Shown: positions 26,730-37,005 of the stretch, piece by piece
Position numbering within the stretch: the stretch's first letter is position 1
Layout of the letters: each line of letters begins with the position of its first letter
NCBI GenBank assembly: GCA_035623395.1
Contig: DASPTN010000111.1
Span: 1 to 63,233, forward strand
DNA length: 63,233 bases
Direction: 5' to 3'
Source: Gemmatimonadales bacterium
GTDB lineage: Bacteria > Gemmatimonadota > Gemmatimonadetes > Gemmatimonadales > JACORV01
Notes under the pieces: model-generated
Seen by the model: only the letters and a program-made list of their open reading frames with translations
What the model was told of the DNA's origin: nothing
Databases searched by the model: none
Translations under genes and position numbers: made by a program

Positions 26730-28385
26730 TCAGTCACGCCGGTACACGACCCGGCCGCCGACGACGGTCGCCCGCACCAGGACCTGGTTGATTGAGTCGG
26801 CTGGGACGCCGAACAGGTCCCGGTCCAGCAGCACCAGGTCCGCCAGCATGCCGGGCCGCAGAACCCCGAGCCGCCGCTCGGCGAACCCGGCGTAGGCCAC
26901 CCCCGCCGTGTAGGCCCGGAGCGCCTCGTCCAGCGTGATCTTCTGCTCCGGGAACCACCCGCCCGGGTTGCGGCCGTCCAGCGTCCGCCGCGTCACCGCC
27001 GCGTACAGGCCCCACAGCGGATCGAGCGGGGCGACGGTCCAGTCGCTGCCGAACGCCAATCGCGCCCCGGTATCGAGCAGCGAGCGGAACGCGTAGGTCC
27101 CCGCCAGCCTCGTGGAGTCGAGGCGCTCGGCTGCCCAACGGCCGTCGTCGATCGCGTGATACGGCTGCATCGACGCGACGACCCCGAGCGCCCCGAAGCG
27201 CGGGATGTCCGGCCGGCGCAGGTGCTGCGCGTGCTCGACCCGGAAGCGGCGGTCGCGCGGTCCGCCGGCCGCGGCGGCCTCCGCGAAGAACTCGAGGAGC
27301 ATGGCGTTCGCCCGGTCGCCGATGGCGTGCACCGCTACCTGAAGGCCGGCGCTGTCCGCGCTCCGGATCAGCCGGCGCATCAGCGCCGAGTCGGTCACCA
27401 GGAGCCCCCGGCTCTGGGGCGCGTCGAGGTACGGTTCGTAGAACGCCGCGGTCGTCGACCCGAGCGAGCCGTCCATGAAGCCCTTGACGCCGCCCCACCC
27501 CAGCCAGTCGTCGCCGCGCCCGAGCGCGTGCACCGTGTCCGCGAGCATTCGCCACGTCGCGATCGGGAGGTAGACGCGGATGCGCGTGATCAGCGCGCCT
27601 CGCGCCCGCGCGCGGCGAAAGGCCGCAAAGTCCGACCAGGTGTACGACATCACGTGAACCGCCGTGACGCCATGCTGGGCGGCGTGCCGCATCGCGCGAG
27701 CGAGCGCGCTGTCCGACTCGTCGGCGCTGGGCTCCGGCTGGACCCGCCCCACCAGGTCCATGGCATTGTCCTTCAGCACGCCGGTGGGCTCCCCGGCGCT
27801 GTCGCGGACGATGATTCCGCCCGGCGGGTCCGGCGTGTGCGGCCCGATACCGGCGAGCCGCAGCGCGACCGCGTTGGCGAGCCCCATGTGGCCGTCGAGC
27901 CGGGTGACGAAGACGGGATTGGCCGGCGTGACCGAATCGATCCACTGGCGGCGCGGCAACGGGGCGCCGGTCCAGCGCTCGTGGTCCCAATCGCCGCCGG
28001 TGATCCAGCGACCGGCCGGCTGGGCGCGGGCGAACGCCGCGATGCGTGCCACGAACTCCGCCGGCGTGGCCGCGTCGCGCAGCGACACCGACAGCAACTG
28101 GACGCCGCCGTCGATGAAATGGGTGTGCGCGTCCTCGAAACCCGGCACGACCGACGCGTCGCCGTTGTCGAGGACGCGCGTGCCGGCGCCCACCAGGCGA
28201 CCCAGCGCCGTCCGGTCCCCGACGGCGACGATGGCGTCACCGCGGACCGCCACGGCGGAGGCCCACGGCCGGGCCGAATCCCCGGTCCACACGCGTCCAT
28301 ACACCACGAGCGTGGCGGGCTGCTGCGCCGCGGCCGCCGTCGCCAGCGCCGTCCATGCGAGCGCCACGGTCATCCGCACCTTCAC
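26730..28385 (-). CDS. Amidohydrolase-family (Amidohydro_3 / YtcJ-like) metal-dependent hydrolase, secreted
   Basis: Signal peptide [34 protein letters not shown] is the metal-binding HxH motif. Also AVHAIGDRA and RVEHAQH. The start is either GTG 28385 or ATG 28373. Confidence 0.85.
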   Translation of the reverse strand: MKVRMTVALAWTALATAAAAQQPATLVVYGRVWTGDSARPWASAVAVRGDAIVAVGDRTALGRLVGAGTRVLDNGDASVVPGFEDAHTHFIDGGVQLLSVSLRDAATPAEFVARIAAFARAQPAGRWITGGDWDHERWTGAPLPRRQWIDSVTPANPVFVTRLDGHMGLANAVALRLAGIGPHTPDPPGGIIVRDSAGEPTGVLKDNAMDLVGRVQPEPSADESDSALARAMRHAAQHGVTAVHVMSYTWSDFAAFRRARARGALITRIRVYLPIATWRMLADTVHALGRGDDWLGWGGVKGFMDGSLGSTTAAFYEPYLDAPQSRGLLVTDSALMRRLIRSADSAGLQVAVHAIGDRANAMLLEFFAEAAAAGGPRDRRFRVEHAQHLRRPDIPRFGALGVVASMQPYHAIDDGRWAAERLDSTRLAGTYAFRSLLDTGARLAFGSDWTVAPLDPLWGLYAAVTRRTLDGRNPGGWFPEQKITLDEALRAYTAGVAYAGFAERRLGVLRPGMLADLVLLDRDLFGVPADSINQVLVRATVVGGRVVYRRD

Positions 28386-28447
28386 GTTCGCTCCCCCGCT
28401 GAGTCCGTCACTACGGTATCTCGCGCGGCGGAGGCGGCGCCACTACC

Positions 28448-28957
28448 TTGTCCCGGAGACCCCTGCCGCGAAGGCGAACGGTGAACGAAGAGGCCAAGAA
28501 GACCGTCCTGCGCCACTTCCCGTACGGCCTCTACGCCGTGACGGTGATGAGTGAGGGAGAGGACCACGGCATGACGGCCAACTGGGTGATGCAGGCCGCG
28601 TTCAACCCGCCGATGCTCGTGGTTGCGCTCCAGAACGAGTCGAAGAGTCTGCCGATGATCCGGGATGCCCGCGGGTTCGCCGTCAACGTGCTGGCCGACG
28701 GACAGCGCGGCCTGGCCGAGCAGCTCGGGCGCTCGTCGCGAAGCCAGCCATACAAGCTCAAGGGCGTTCCGTCGCGTCCGGCGCCCGTGACCGGGGCTCC
28801 CATCCTCAGCGAGGGCCTCGGGTGGCTCGAGTGCCGGCTGGTCGCGACGATGCCCGCCGGCGACCACACCCTGGTCCTCGGAGAGGTTGTCGAAGCGGGC
28901 CTCGAGAGCGGACGCCGCGTGCTCACCCTCGACGCCGGGATGAAGTACGCCGGCTAA
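28448..28957 (+). CDS. Flavin reductase-like (FMN-binding split-barrel) protein
   Basis: FPYGLYAVTV...GMTANWVMQAAFNPPMLVVAL...GDHTLVLGEVV. The start is either TTG 28448 or GTG 28481. Confidence 0.8.
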   Translation: MSRRPLPRRRTVNEEAKKTVLRHFPYGLYAVTVMSEGEDHGMTANWVMQAAFNPPMLVVALQNESKSLPMIRDARGFAVNVLADGQRGLAEQLGRSSRSQPYKLKGVPSRPAPVTGAPILSEGLGWLECRLVATMPAGDHTLVLGEVVEAGLESGRRVLTLDAGMKYAG

Positions 28958-28997
28958 CCCGGGCCGCCCAGCGACCGCGCTCGCCGTCGCGCCTGGA

Positions 28998-30401
28998 TTG
29001 CTGCTGGCCGTCGCGTTGTCCGCTGCTGCGCAGGAGCATCGCGACACCCTCATCTACGACGTCGACGTGATCACATCGCCGTCGGCGCACCTGTCGATCG
29101 AGGCCCGCCTGACCACGATGGCCGCCGAGAGCGTCGCCCTGACCGCGCCGTCCGCGTCACTCCCCGCCGGAACCGAAGTCGAAGGACTCGTCGCCACCGA
29201 CGACCGTGGCAGGCCAGTCCCGGTGCTGGCGGCGGGCGACGGCTACCGCGTGGCAGCCCCCCCCGGCGGCGTCCGGTTCCGCTACCGCCTCGATTTCCAG
29301 AATGGCGTCGCGCTGAGCTCGACGGGCTCGGGGTTGAATGCGACGCACCTGTACGCGGTCAGCCGCGGGATCTTCGTCGCGCCAGATCCCTCCACGTACG
29401 ACCGGGAGCGCCCGTATCCGTCCATCTCGGTGCACTTCATCACGCCGCCCGGCTGGCACGTGATCACCGCCTGGGGAGTCGACGAGCCGGACTTCACTCC
29501 GGCCGGCAGCGGCGCCCTCCTGGGCAGCACGGTGGCCGCCGCGCCGGACTACCGCGTCCTGCGCGACACCGTCGGGGGGACCGTCTTCGTGCTCGCCATC
29601 CGTGGCGAACGCCATTTCAGCGACTCGGCCCTCGAGCGGGTGATCGCCGCCAGCCTGCGCCGCTCGTCCGAGACTCTGGGCGGCGTTCCGGTGCCCCGGG
29701 TCACCTACACCAGCGATCTGGGTTGGAAGGGGCGCACCAGCGGGAGTCTCCAGGGGCGGTCGAGCATCGGCCTGATCTGGGAGCCCGGCGAGCTGCTGGC
29801 GCGGGCCAGGATTCACGACGTCTTCCACGAGACCCTGCACCTCTGGTTCGGGGGCGTGATGGACGCCGAGCGCTGGTGGACCGAGGGAGTGACCGACTAC
29901 CTCGCGGCCCGGCTCGAGGCGGAGTGGAGCGGCCGCCCCGACGACCTGGCCGACCTCTGCTACCAGTCGCTGCGCAACTACGAGCGGATCGAGCGCGACA
30001 CGAGCATGACGATGAGCGAGGAGCAGCGGGACAACATCCTGGGGGACAACACCACCCTCCTCGTCTATCGCAAGGGCATGCTCGCCGGTCTGCTGCTCGA
30101 CGCCGCCATCCGCCGGGCGACGGATGGAGCGTCCACGCTCGGCGATGTGGCGCGTCGGCTGCTCGCGGCAGCTTCCCGCGATCCGGGCCGCCGGGTCAGC
30201 GACGCCGAGATCCACGACCTCGCTCTCGAGATCGGAGGGCCCGCGGTCGAGCCCGTCTGGCGCCAGGTCGTGGCCGGCACCAGCCTGATCCCCGAGGTGG
30301 AAGTCACCGAGGCGCTCCGGGTCGTGACGGGGCTGCCCGTCGCAGTTCCCGCCCCGATCGCCAAGGAACAGAAGGTCCTGATCGGCCACCCGAAACCGTG
30401 A
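28998..30401 (+). CDS. M61-like (glycyl aminopeptidase family) zinc metallopeptidase, secreted
   Basis: HExxH is present as VFHETLHLWFGG, and a downstream WWTEGVTDYLA provides the Glu ligand. The TTG start gives a very short signal-like N-terminus (MLLAVALSAAAQE). No other start codon exists in the open frame from 28944. Confidence 0.7.
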   Translation: MLLAVALSAAAQEHRDTLIYDVDVITSPSAHLSIEARLTTMAAESVALTAPSASLPAGTEVEGLVATDDRGRPVPVLAAGDGYRVAAPPGGVRFRYRLDFQNGVALSSTGSGLNATHLYAVSRGIFVAPDPSTYDRERPYPSISVHFITPPGWHVITAWGVDEPDFTPAGSGALLGSTVAAAPDYRVLRDTVGGTVFVLAIRGERHFSDSALERVIAASLRRSSETLGGVPVPRVTYTSDLGWKGRTSGSLQGRSSIGLIWEPGELLARARIHDVFHETLHLWFGGVMDAERWWTEGVTDYLAARLEAEWSGRPDDLADLCYQSLRNYERIERDTSMTMSEEQRDNILGDNTTLLVYRKGMLAGLLLDAAIRRATDGASTLGDVARRLLAAASRDPGRRVSDAEIHDLALEIGGPAVEPVWRQVVAGTSLIPEVEVTEALRVVTGLPVAVPAPIAKEQKVLIGHPKP

Positions 30402-30411
30402 GGCCGGCGCC

Positions 30412-30942
30412 ATGATGCTCAAGGGCAAGACGGTGCTGTTCTTCGTGGGTCCGCAGTACGAGGACCTCGAGCTCTGGTACCCGAAGATTCGACTGGAGGA
30501 GGAGGGCGCGAAGACGGTCGTGGCGGGGCTCGGGGAGAGAACCTACCTCGGGAAGAAGGGCTACCCCGTCACCGTCGACAGCCTGGTGGACGACCTCTAC
30601 GCCGAGGTCTACGACGGCCTCGTGATCCCCGGCGGCTATGCACCGGACCACATGCGGCGCTCGGAGAAGCTGCTCGGCATCACGAGGGCGATCGCGGAGG
30701 CGGGGAAGCCCGTGGCGTTCATCTGCCACGCGGCCTGGGTGCCGATCTCGGCCGGCTTGCTGAAGGGCCGCCGTGCCACCAGCGTGCGCGCGATCCGGGA
30801 CGACGTGGTCAACGCCGGCGCCACCTGGCTCGACGAGCCGGTCGTGGTCGACGGCAACCTGATCTCGTCCCGCACTCCCGCCGATCTCCCGGCGTTCTGC
30901 CGGGCCATCATCAAGGCGCTGGCAGCACCGGCGAAGGACTAG
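30412..30942 (+). CDS. DJ-1/PfpI-family protease/deglycase
   Basis: YDGLVIPGGYAPDHMR and KPVAFICHAAWV (nucleophile-elbow Cys-His), plus VVVDGNLISSRTPADLPAF. Confidence 0.88.
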   Translation: MMLKGKTVLFFVGPQYEDLELWYPKIRLEEEGAKTVVAGLGERTYLGKKGYPVTVDSLVDDLYAEVYDGLVIPGGYAPDHMRRSEKLLGITRAIAEAGKPVAFICHAAWVPISAGLLKGRRATSVRAIRDDVVNAGATWLDEPVVVDGNLISSRTPADLPAFCRAIIKALAAPAKD

Positions 30943-32171
30943 GCCTCCGCGTCGAACGGACGCAGCACGACGCCGGTCGGTACCTTGGGGGCGAAGAACG
31001 TGGACTTGGGCGGCATGATCTGCCCGGCGTCCGCCACCCTCCGCACCGCCTCGAGCCTGGTCGCCGGCAGGATCAGCGCGCAGGCGCAGCGGCCCTCGCG
31101 GGCAGCCTCCCGCGCCTCGGCGCCATCGGCCGTGTAGCGCAGCGTCGGTACGGCCCCAAGCAGCGACGCAGCGACGACCCCGACCGCCAAGGTGTCGGCC
31201 GCCGCCACCTCCAGCGCCCGGACTGCCGCGTGCAGCGGCTGGTCGGCGACCTTCGGCCACTTGGCCTTCGGCTGCACCGCCAGCGCCACTTCGCGGCCGC
31301 CCTTGAAGACCACCGAGAGCGTCGGCTCCTGGCGGGTCGGCGCGATCGTGAAGTAGGGCGCCGCGGCGGCCAGGAAGGCTTCGGCGTCCACGGGCGCGCC
31401 GTCCAGCATCCGGTGGGTGGGCAGGATCACGAGCCCCGGGTCGCGGAACGAGACCACGTAGCCGAGGGTGCGCGCGGCGCCTGCCTGCCAGGCCGGCGGC
31501 GCCTCGTCGCGGAACATCACCGACGTTTCGAAGCGGTGGTGCCCGTCCGCGACGTACACGCTCTCGGCGCCCGCCGCCGCCGCGAGGCGCTCCGCTTCCC
31601 GCCCGGTCACCACCCACATCGCCTGCAGTGAGCCCAGGGCCGTGCACTGCGCCCACGGGGGCCGCGACGTCGCCTCGCGCAGCGCGCCGTCGAGCTTCCC
31701 CGCGCTGTCCGGCGCGAGCAGGAAGACGGCGCTGAGATTCGCGCCCGTGGCGCGCATCAGCCGCCGGCGGTCCTCCTTCGCCTTCGCGTGGGTGCGCTCG
31801 TGCGGGAGGATGCGTCGCCGGGAGAACGGCTCCGCCGACACCGCCAGGAACACACCGGTCCGCTCGCGGACCGAGCCGTCGGGAAACCGCCCTGACGTCT
31901 TCAGCACGTAGGCGGACGGCTGCTCGTCGCGCACGAGCACGCCGCTCGCGCGCCACTGCGCCAGGAGCCGGGCCGCCTCCTCGTAGGGATCGCCGCCGTC
32001 GGTCGCCACCGGCAGATCCACGTGGACGACGTTGTACGGGTCGCGCGCCACCAGCTCGGCGCGCTGCGCCGGCGAGATCACGTCGTACGGGGGGGCGAGG
32101 CGTCGCTCGAGCGAGGTCGCGTCCGCGTAGCGCTCGCCACGGAACGGGGTGAACAGGCTCACGTCTTTCAT
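30939..32171 (-). CDS. DUF1015 domain-containing protein
   Basis: FTPFRGERY...PPYDVIS...LPHERT...YVADGHHRFETS...ILPTHR...MPPKSTFFAPKVPTGVV matches my memory of the DUF1015 family signature. The start overlaps the upstream stop (ATGA). Confidence 0.8.
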   Translation of the reverse strand: MKDVSLFTPFRGERYADATSLERRLAPPYDVISPAQRAELVARDPYNVVHVDLPVATDGGDPYEEAARLLAQWRASGVLVRDEQPSAYVLKTSGRFPDGSVRERTGVFLAVSAEPFSRRRILPHERTHAKAKEDRRRLMRATGANLSAVFLLAPDSAGKLDGALREATSRPPWAQCTALGSLQAMWVVTGREAERLAAAAGAESVYVADGHHRFETSVMFRDEAPPAWQAGAARTLGYVVSFRDPGLVILPTHRMLDGAPVDAEAFLAAAAPYFTIAPTRQEPTLSVVFKGGREVALAVQPKAKWPKVADQPLHAAVRALEVAAADTLAVGVVAASLLGAVPTLRYTADGAEAREAAREGRCACALILPATRLEAVRRVADAGQIMPPKSTFFAPKVPTGVVLRPFDAEA

Positions 32172-32491
32172 GTCGGTCCGTTTCCGGGGTGCGACGCGAT
32201 CAGCGCGTCGAGGATTTCCTTCACGCGGTGGAGGGACAGGCTGCTCACGTCCGCCTCCGCGGCCGCCGCGGTGCCGCCGAACGCAAGGTAGTCGCTCTCC
32301 AGGTGCCCCGCGGGCGCATTGCTCGTCGACCAGCGGATGAACAGCAGCGCCGCCCCGAAGCGTCCGTCGGGTCCGGGGTCGTCATCGGAGAACACGCCCA
32401 CCGAATACGGCTGGCCGTCGCTGCCGGTGAAGCCCGGCGGCCGGCCGTGTACGGCGACATAGCCGCCCAGCGTGTCTTCCGCGAGGTTCAT
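32168..32491 (-). CDS. Hypothetical protein (107 aa), translationally coupled on both sides
   Basis: ATG at 32491 overlaps the ProDH stop (ATGA), and its own stop overlaps the DUF1015 start (ATGA). The peptide MNLAEDTLGGYVAVHGRPPGFTGSDGQPYSVGVFSDDDPGPDGRFGAALLFIRW... is not low-complexity. I recognise no family. Confidence 0.55.
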   Translation of the reverse strand: MNLAEDTLGGYVAVHGRPPGFTGSDGQPYSVGVFSDDDPGPDGRFGAALLFIRWSTSNAPAGHLESDYLAFGGTAAAAEADVSSLSLHRVKEILDALIASHPGNGPT

Positions 32492-33417
32492 GTCCGCAGG
32501 CTTTCCTTGACCACGTTGCCGAGGATGAACGCGATGTTGGCCGGACGCTCGGCCAGGCGCCGCATCATGTAGGGATACCATTGCGTGCCGAACGGCACGT
32601 AGACCCGCACCCGGTACCCGGCGCGGCGCAGCTCCTCCTGGAGATCGCGCCGGATTCCGTACAGCATCTGGAATTCGAACCGATCCGCCGCGATGGCCTT
32701 CGCCTCGACGAACCGGCGCACGCCGGCGATGAGCGCCGGGTCGTGCGTCGCCACGGCCGGTTGGTGCCCGCGCTCCAGGAGCTTCTCGATCAGCTCCCGG
32801 TAGCTGCGGTCCACGTCGGCCTTGTCGGGGAACGCCACGCTCGCGGGCTCCTGATATGCCCCTTTGCACAGCCGCACGCGGGCGTGAAGCCCGATCAGGC
32901 GATCGACGTCGGCCGCGCTGCGACGCAGATACGACTGGATGACGATGCCGACCTGATCCCCGTAGGCCGGCAGCAGCTCCCGCTCGAACAGGTCCAGCGT
33001 CCGCTGGGTATGGGCGCTGCTCTCCATGTCGATCCGGATCGAGATGCCGAGCTCCCGGCCGCGATCGAGGATCCGGCGCATGTTGTCCAGGCACAGGTCG
33101 TGATCGAGGTCGAGTCCGAGCTGGGTGAGCTTCACCGACACGTTGCAGTCGAGACGGTCCGCGGCGATCCGCCCGAGGATCTGCGTCACCGCCTCGGTGC
33201 AGCCTCGTGCCTCCTCGACGTTGGTGACGCTCTCGCCGAGGAGGTCGAGGCTGGCCGCGATGCCGCGTCCGTTCAACTCCCGCACGGCCGCCGCCGCAGA
33301 GTCGATCGTCTCGCCCGCCACGAAGCGCGAGGCGAGCCGCCGGGCCAGGCGGTTGCCGCGAATGAAGGCGAAGATCTGGGGTTGCTCACTGAGATAGAGA
33401 AAGGTGCGACGCAGCAT
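32488..33417 (-). CDS. Proline dehydrogenase (monofunctional, PutA N-terminal-like TIM barrel)
   Basis: The internal ATG at 33417, 8 nt after the fadJ stop, gives MLRRTFLYLSEQPQIFAFI...FVAGETIDSAAAAVRELNGRGIAASLDLLGE...SVKLTQLG...IRIDMESS...QSYLRRS...VRLCKGAY...ATHD...FEFQMLYGIR...RVYVPFG..WYPYMMRRLAERPAN. Confidence 0.85.
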   Translation of the reverse strand: MLRRTFLYLSEQPQIFAFIRGNRLARRLASRFVAGETIDSAAAAVRELNGRGIAASLDLLGESVTNVEEARGCTEAVTQILGRIAADRLDCNVSVKLTQLGLDLDHDLCLDNMRRILDRGRELGISIRIDMESSAHTQRTLDLFERELLPAYGDQVGIVIQSYLRRSAADVDRLIGLHARVRLCKGAYQEPASVAFPDKADVDRSYRELIEKLLERGHQPAVATHDPALIAGVRRFVEAKAIAADRFEFQMLYGIRRDLQEELRRAGYRVRVYVPFGTQWYPYMMRRLAERPANIAFILGNVVKESLRT

Positions 33418-33424
33418 GCGTGGG

Positions 33425-35578
33425 TTACCGGTTCGAGGGGTAGAAACGGCCGCCATGCTCGGCCAGCGCCACCAGCGACGCCGCCGGCGCGAAACGGTCG
33501 CCATGGGTCGCGGCCAGGCGCGCGAGGGTGTCCACCGCGGCACGCGCACCGAGCGCGTCGAGGGTCCGGAACGGGCCGCCCCGGAAGGCCGGGAAGCCGA
33601 TGCCGAAGAGCGCGCCGATGTCTCCGTCCCGCGGCTGGGCGACGACGCCCTCCTCGAGGGCGCGCGCGGCCTCGTTGAGCATCGCGAACGCCAGCCGCTC
33701 GGCAATGGGGGCATCGTCCACCGGCGGCGCGGCCGGTGTCACGCCGAGGATCCCGTACACCGAGGGGTCCGGGTCGGACTTCTTCCCTGCCCGGTACAGG
33801 AAGAACCCGCGACCGTTCTTGCGCCCGAGCCGCCGGTCCGCCACCAGCGCGTCGAGGTTGCACGACTGCGCCAGCCGTCCGCCGAACGCCTCCTGCATCA
33901 CGTGTCCGGCCTTCGCCGCCACGTCGAGGCCGACTTCGTCCAGCAGGGTCACCGGCCCCACGGGGAAGCCCCACCCGGTCATGGCACGGTCGATCACCGG
34001 AATCGGCACGCCTTCCATCAGCAGGCGACCCGCCTCGTTGATGTAGGGCGCCAGGATCCGGTTGACGAAGAAACCGGGGCGATCCCGAACCACGATCACC
34101 GTCTTGCCCAGCCGCCGCCCGAACGCGACGGCCGTCACGGTCGTTTCCGCCGCGGTGCGCTCGCCGACCACGACCTCGAGCAGCGGCATCCGGTGGACCG
34201 GCGAGAAGAAGTGCATCCCGACCACCGTCTGAGGCCGCGTCGACGCCTCGGCGATCCGCGAGATCGATATGGTCGAGGTGTTGGACGCGAACACGCAGCC
34301 CGGGCGCGCGACGGCCTCGACCTCGCGCAGCACCTGCCGCTTGACGTCCAGGTCCTCGAACACCGCCTCGATCACGAGGTCGGCGGCGTGGAATCCCGCG
34401 TAGTCCACTCCGCCGGACACCAGGGCGAGTTGCCGGGCTGCCTCGCGGCGAGTGATGCTGCGGCGACGCACGCGCTCATCCACGATGCCGGCCAGCGCCT
34501 TGAGGCCGGAACTCACCCGCGGCAGATCGGCGTCCTTGAGGCGCACCGGGACGGCCGCCTGTGCCGCCGCGACGGCCGCGATTCCCGACCCCATGAAACC
34601 GGCGCCGAGGATCGCCAGCTGCGCGACCGGACGCGGTGACGGCGCGGGCGGCGGGACCCCGGGGTCCTTCTTCAAGGCGGTAGTGGCGAAGAACACCTCG
34701 ACGAGGCGCCGCGACACGTCGGTCATCGCCATCCGGCTGAACAACTCCGCCTCGTGCTCGAGCCCCTGCTCTCTGCCGCTCGCCAGGCAGTAGCGGATCG
34801 CGTCCAGCGCCGCGAGCGGGGCCGGATAGTGCCTCGCGGTCCGCTTGCGGGTCATGGCGCGCGCCCGCTGCAGCACGATCGCCTGGCCGAGCGCGCTGCG
34901 ATCGAAGAACCAGCCGCGGAGGCCGCCCCGCCGCTTGCGGCGCACCGGCCCGTCGGCCAGCCGCCTGGCGGCCCGCACGGCGACCTGCCGCAGGATCGCC
35001 GGCGGCACCAGCTCGTCCACGAGCCCCGTCTTCAACGCCTTGGCGGCGCGCACGTTCTTGCCGGTGAGGATCATCTCCAGCGCTGCGCGCAGCCCCACCA
35101 GGCGAGGCAGGCGAACGCATCCCCCGGCGCCGGGGATGATGCCGAGCTGGACCTCCGGCGAGGCCAGCACCGTCTTCGGGTGATCCGTCGCGACCCGGTA
35201 GTGGCACGCCAGCACCAGCTCGAGGCCGCCACCGACGCAGACGCCGTGAATGGCGGCGACCACCGGCTTGGGCGAGTCCGCGATCCGATCGAGCATCGCC
35301 TGCCCGTCGCGCGAGAGCCGCCTCGCCTCCTCGACCGTCCGCAGGGCGACGAATTCCTCGATGTCGGCGCCCGCCAGGAACACGTCCTGCTTGCCCGACG
35401 TGATCACGATCGCGCGAACGGCGGCGTCGCCCTGCAGCGCGGTGAACGTCGTCCTGAACTCGTCCCTCACCGCGCGCGAGAACTTGTTGACGCTCTCCCC
35501 CGGCAAGTCGAGCGTGACGACGGCAACGCCGTCTTCTACCGCTGTCGTGAGCGCGCCCGTGCGACCCTCCGCGTCCAC
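33425..35578 (-). CDS. Multifunctional fatty-acid oxidation protein (enoyl-CoA hydratase / 3-hydroxyacyl-CoA dehydrogenase, FadJ/FadB-like)
   Basis: The crotonase part is VITSGKQDVFLAGADIEEF...AAIHGVCVGGGLELVLAC. The HCDH Rossmann motif is LAILGAGFMGSGIA. The start is either GTG 35578 (11 nt after the thiolase stop) or TTG 35614 (overlapping it). Confidence 0.88.
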   Translation of the reverse strand: MDAEGRTGALTTAVEDGVAVVTLDLPGESVNKFSRAVRDEFRTTFTALQGDAAVRAIVITSGKQDVFLAGADIEEFVALRTVEEARRLSRDGQAMLDRIADSPKPVVAAIHGVCVGGGLELVLACHYRVATDHPKTVLASPEVQLGIIPGAGGCVRLPRLVGLRAALEMILTGKNVRAAKALKTGLVDELVPPAILRQVAVRAARRLADGPVRRKRRGGLRGWFFDRSALGQAIVLQRARAMTRKRTARHYPAPLAALDAIRYCLASGREQGLEHEAELFSRMAMTDVSRRLVEVFFATTALKKDPGVPPPAPSPRPVAQLAILGAGFMGSGIAAVAAAQAAVPVRLKDADLPRVSSGLKALAGIVDERVRRRSITRREAARQLALVSGGVDYAGFHAADLVIEAVFEDLDVKRQVLREVEAVARPGCVFASNTSTISISRIAEASTRPQTVVGMHFFSPVHRMPLLEVVVGERTAAETTVTAVAFGRRLGKTVIVVRDRPGFFVNRILAPYINEAGRLLMEGVPIPVIDRAMTGWGFPVGPVTLLDEVGLDVAAKAGHVMQEAFGGRLAQSCNLDALVADRRLGRKNGRGFFLYRAGKKSDPDPSVYGILGVTPAAPPVDDAPIAERLAFAMLNEAARALEEGVVAQPRDGDIGALFGIGFPAFRGGPFRTLDALGARAAVDTLARLAATHGDRFAPAASLVALAEHGGRFYPSNR

Positions 35579-35588
35579 GTTGACCGCC

Positions 35589-36881
35589 TCACATCCGCTC
35601 GAGGACCATGGCAAACCCCATGCCGCCCTGGGCGCACACGGAGATCAGTCCGAACTGCACGTTCCGACGCCGCATCTCGTTGGCGAGCGTGGTGACGATC
35701 CGCCCGCCGGTGGCGGCGAATGGGTGGCCGATCGCGATCGACCCACCCATCACGTTGAGCGCCTCCCAGTCGACCTCGCCGATCCGCTCGCTGCGGCCCA
35801 GGTGCTCGCGCGCCCACATATCCGACTCGAAGGCCTGAATATTCGACAGCACCTGCGACGCGAACGCCTCGTGCATCTCGACGAGCCCGAGGTCCTTCCA
35901 GGCGATGCCGGCCCGCTCGAGCGCGGTGGGCACCGCGTACCCGGGCCCCATCAGCAGCTGCGCGCCGGGATCGACCGCCGCCACGGCGTACGAGCGGACG
36001 AACGCGAGCGGCGTGTACCCGAGGGCGCGCGCGGCCTCGTCGCTCATCACGAGCACCGCGGAGGCGCCGTCCGTCAGCGGCGAGGCATTGCCGGCCGTGA
36101 CGGATCCGTAGCGCCGGTCAAACGCGGGCTTCAGCGCCGCCAGCTGCTCGAGGCTGGAGTCGGCGCGAATGCCGTTGTCCGCCACGACCGCGTCGTACGT
36201 CGGCGGAACGAAGACGGGCGCGATTTCCGACGTGAGCCTGCCGTCCGCGGTGCCCTGCGCGGCCAACCGGTGGGAGCGAAGCGCGTACTCGTCCTGGGCC
36301 TGCCGGGTGATGCCGTTCTCCTTCGCCATCTTCTCGGCCGACTGCCCCATCGTCTCGCCCGTGGACGGCTCCGCGATCGCGGGCGTCACCGGCACGAGAT
36401 CCCGGGGACGCACCTTCGCGAGGGTCGCCACGCGCTTGCCGAGGGTCCGCGCGCGACTCGCCTGCACGAGCAGCTCCGCGAAGCGCTTCGAGTGGAGGAT
36501 CGGGATGTCCGAGAGCGACTCCGTGCCGCCGGCGATGATCACGTCGGCCTGGCCGAGGGCGATCTGGTCGTACGCGTCCGCGACCGCCTGGCCCGACGAG
36601 GCGCATGCGCGGTTCAGGGAGAAGGCCGGCACGGTCCTGGGGAACTGGGGCAGCAGGCTGACCTCGCGCGCCACGTTGGGTGCGAGCACCGAGGGAATGA
36701 CCTGGCCGAAGATCACCTGATCGACCTTGGCAGGCGGGATCTCGCTGCGCGTCAGCAGCTCCCGGGTCGCCAGCCTGGCCAGCTCGACGGCGCTGAGGTC
36801 CTTGAGGACCGTCCCGGACTTCGCGAAGGGCGTGCGGCATCCCGCGATGATGGCGACGCGACGACCGTTCTGCCCGACCAT
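35589..36881 (-). CDS. fadA: Acetyl-CoA C-acyltransferase (3-ketoacyl-CoA thiolase)
   Basis: ATG at 36881 gives MVGQNGRRVAIIAGCRTPFAKS... Then LNRACASSGQAV (active-site Cys), NVMGGSIAIGHPFAATG, and CAQGGMGFAMVLE. Confidence 0.9.
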   Translation of the reverse strand: MVGQNGRRVAIIAGCRTPFAKSGTVLKDLSAVELARLATRELLTRSEIPPAKVDQVIFGQVIPSVLAPNVAREVSLLPQFPRTVPAFSLNRACASSGQAVADAYDQIALGQADVIIAGGTESLSDIPILHSKRFAELLVQASRARTLGKRVATLAKVRPRDLVPVTPAIAEPSTGETMGQSAEKMAKENGITRQAQDEYALRSHRLAAQGTADGRLTSEIAPVFVPPTYDAVVADNGIRADSSLEQLAALKPAFDRRYGSVTAGNASPLTDGASAVLVMSDEAARALGYTPLAFVRSYAVAAVDPGAQLLMGPGYAVPTALERAGIAWKDLGLVEMHEAFASQVLSNIQAFESDMWAREHLGRSERIGEVDWEALNVMGGSIAIGHPFAATGGRIVTTLANEMRRRNVQFGLISVCAQGGMGFAMVLERM

Positions 36882-36961
36882 GATCCGGCTCCGTTCGCGG
36901 CGCCCGCGATCGGCGCCGAATCCAGCAAAGCTAGCCCGTGCCCCGAGCGCGGGCCAGCGCA

Positions 36962-36978
36962 AACCGCACCGTGCGGTT
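36962..36978. promoter_or_regulatory. Perfect inverted repeat AACCGCAC-c-GTGCGGTT in the fadA / glpD divergent intergenic region (candidate operator)
   Basis: Read directly from the sequence. It lies 81 nt upstream of the fadA start and 28 nt upstream of the glpD start. Confidence 0.4.
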
Positions 36979-37005
36979 GCGGGATTTTGGTGTCAAATTG
37001 GGCCA

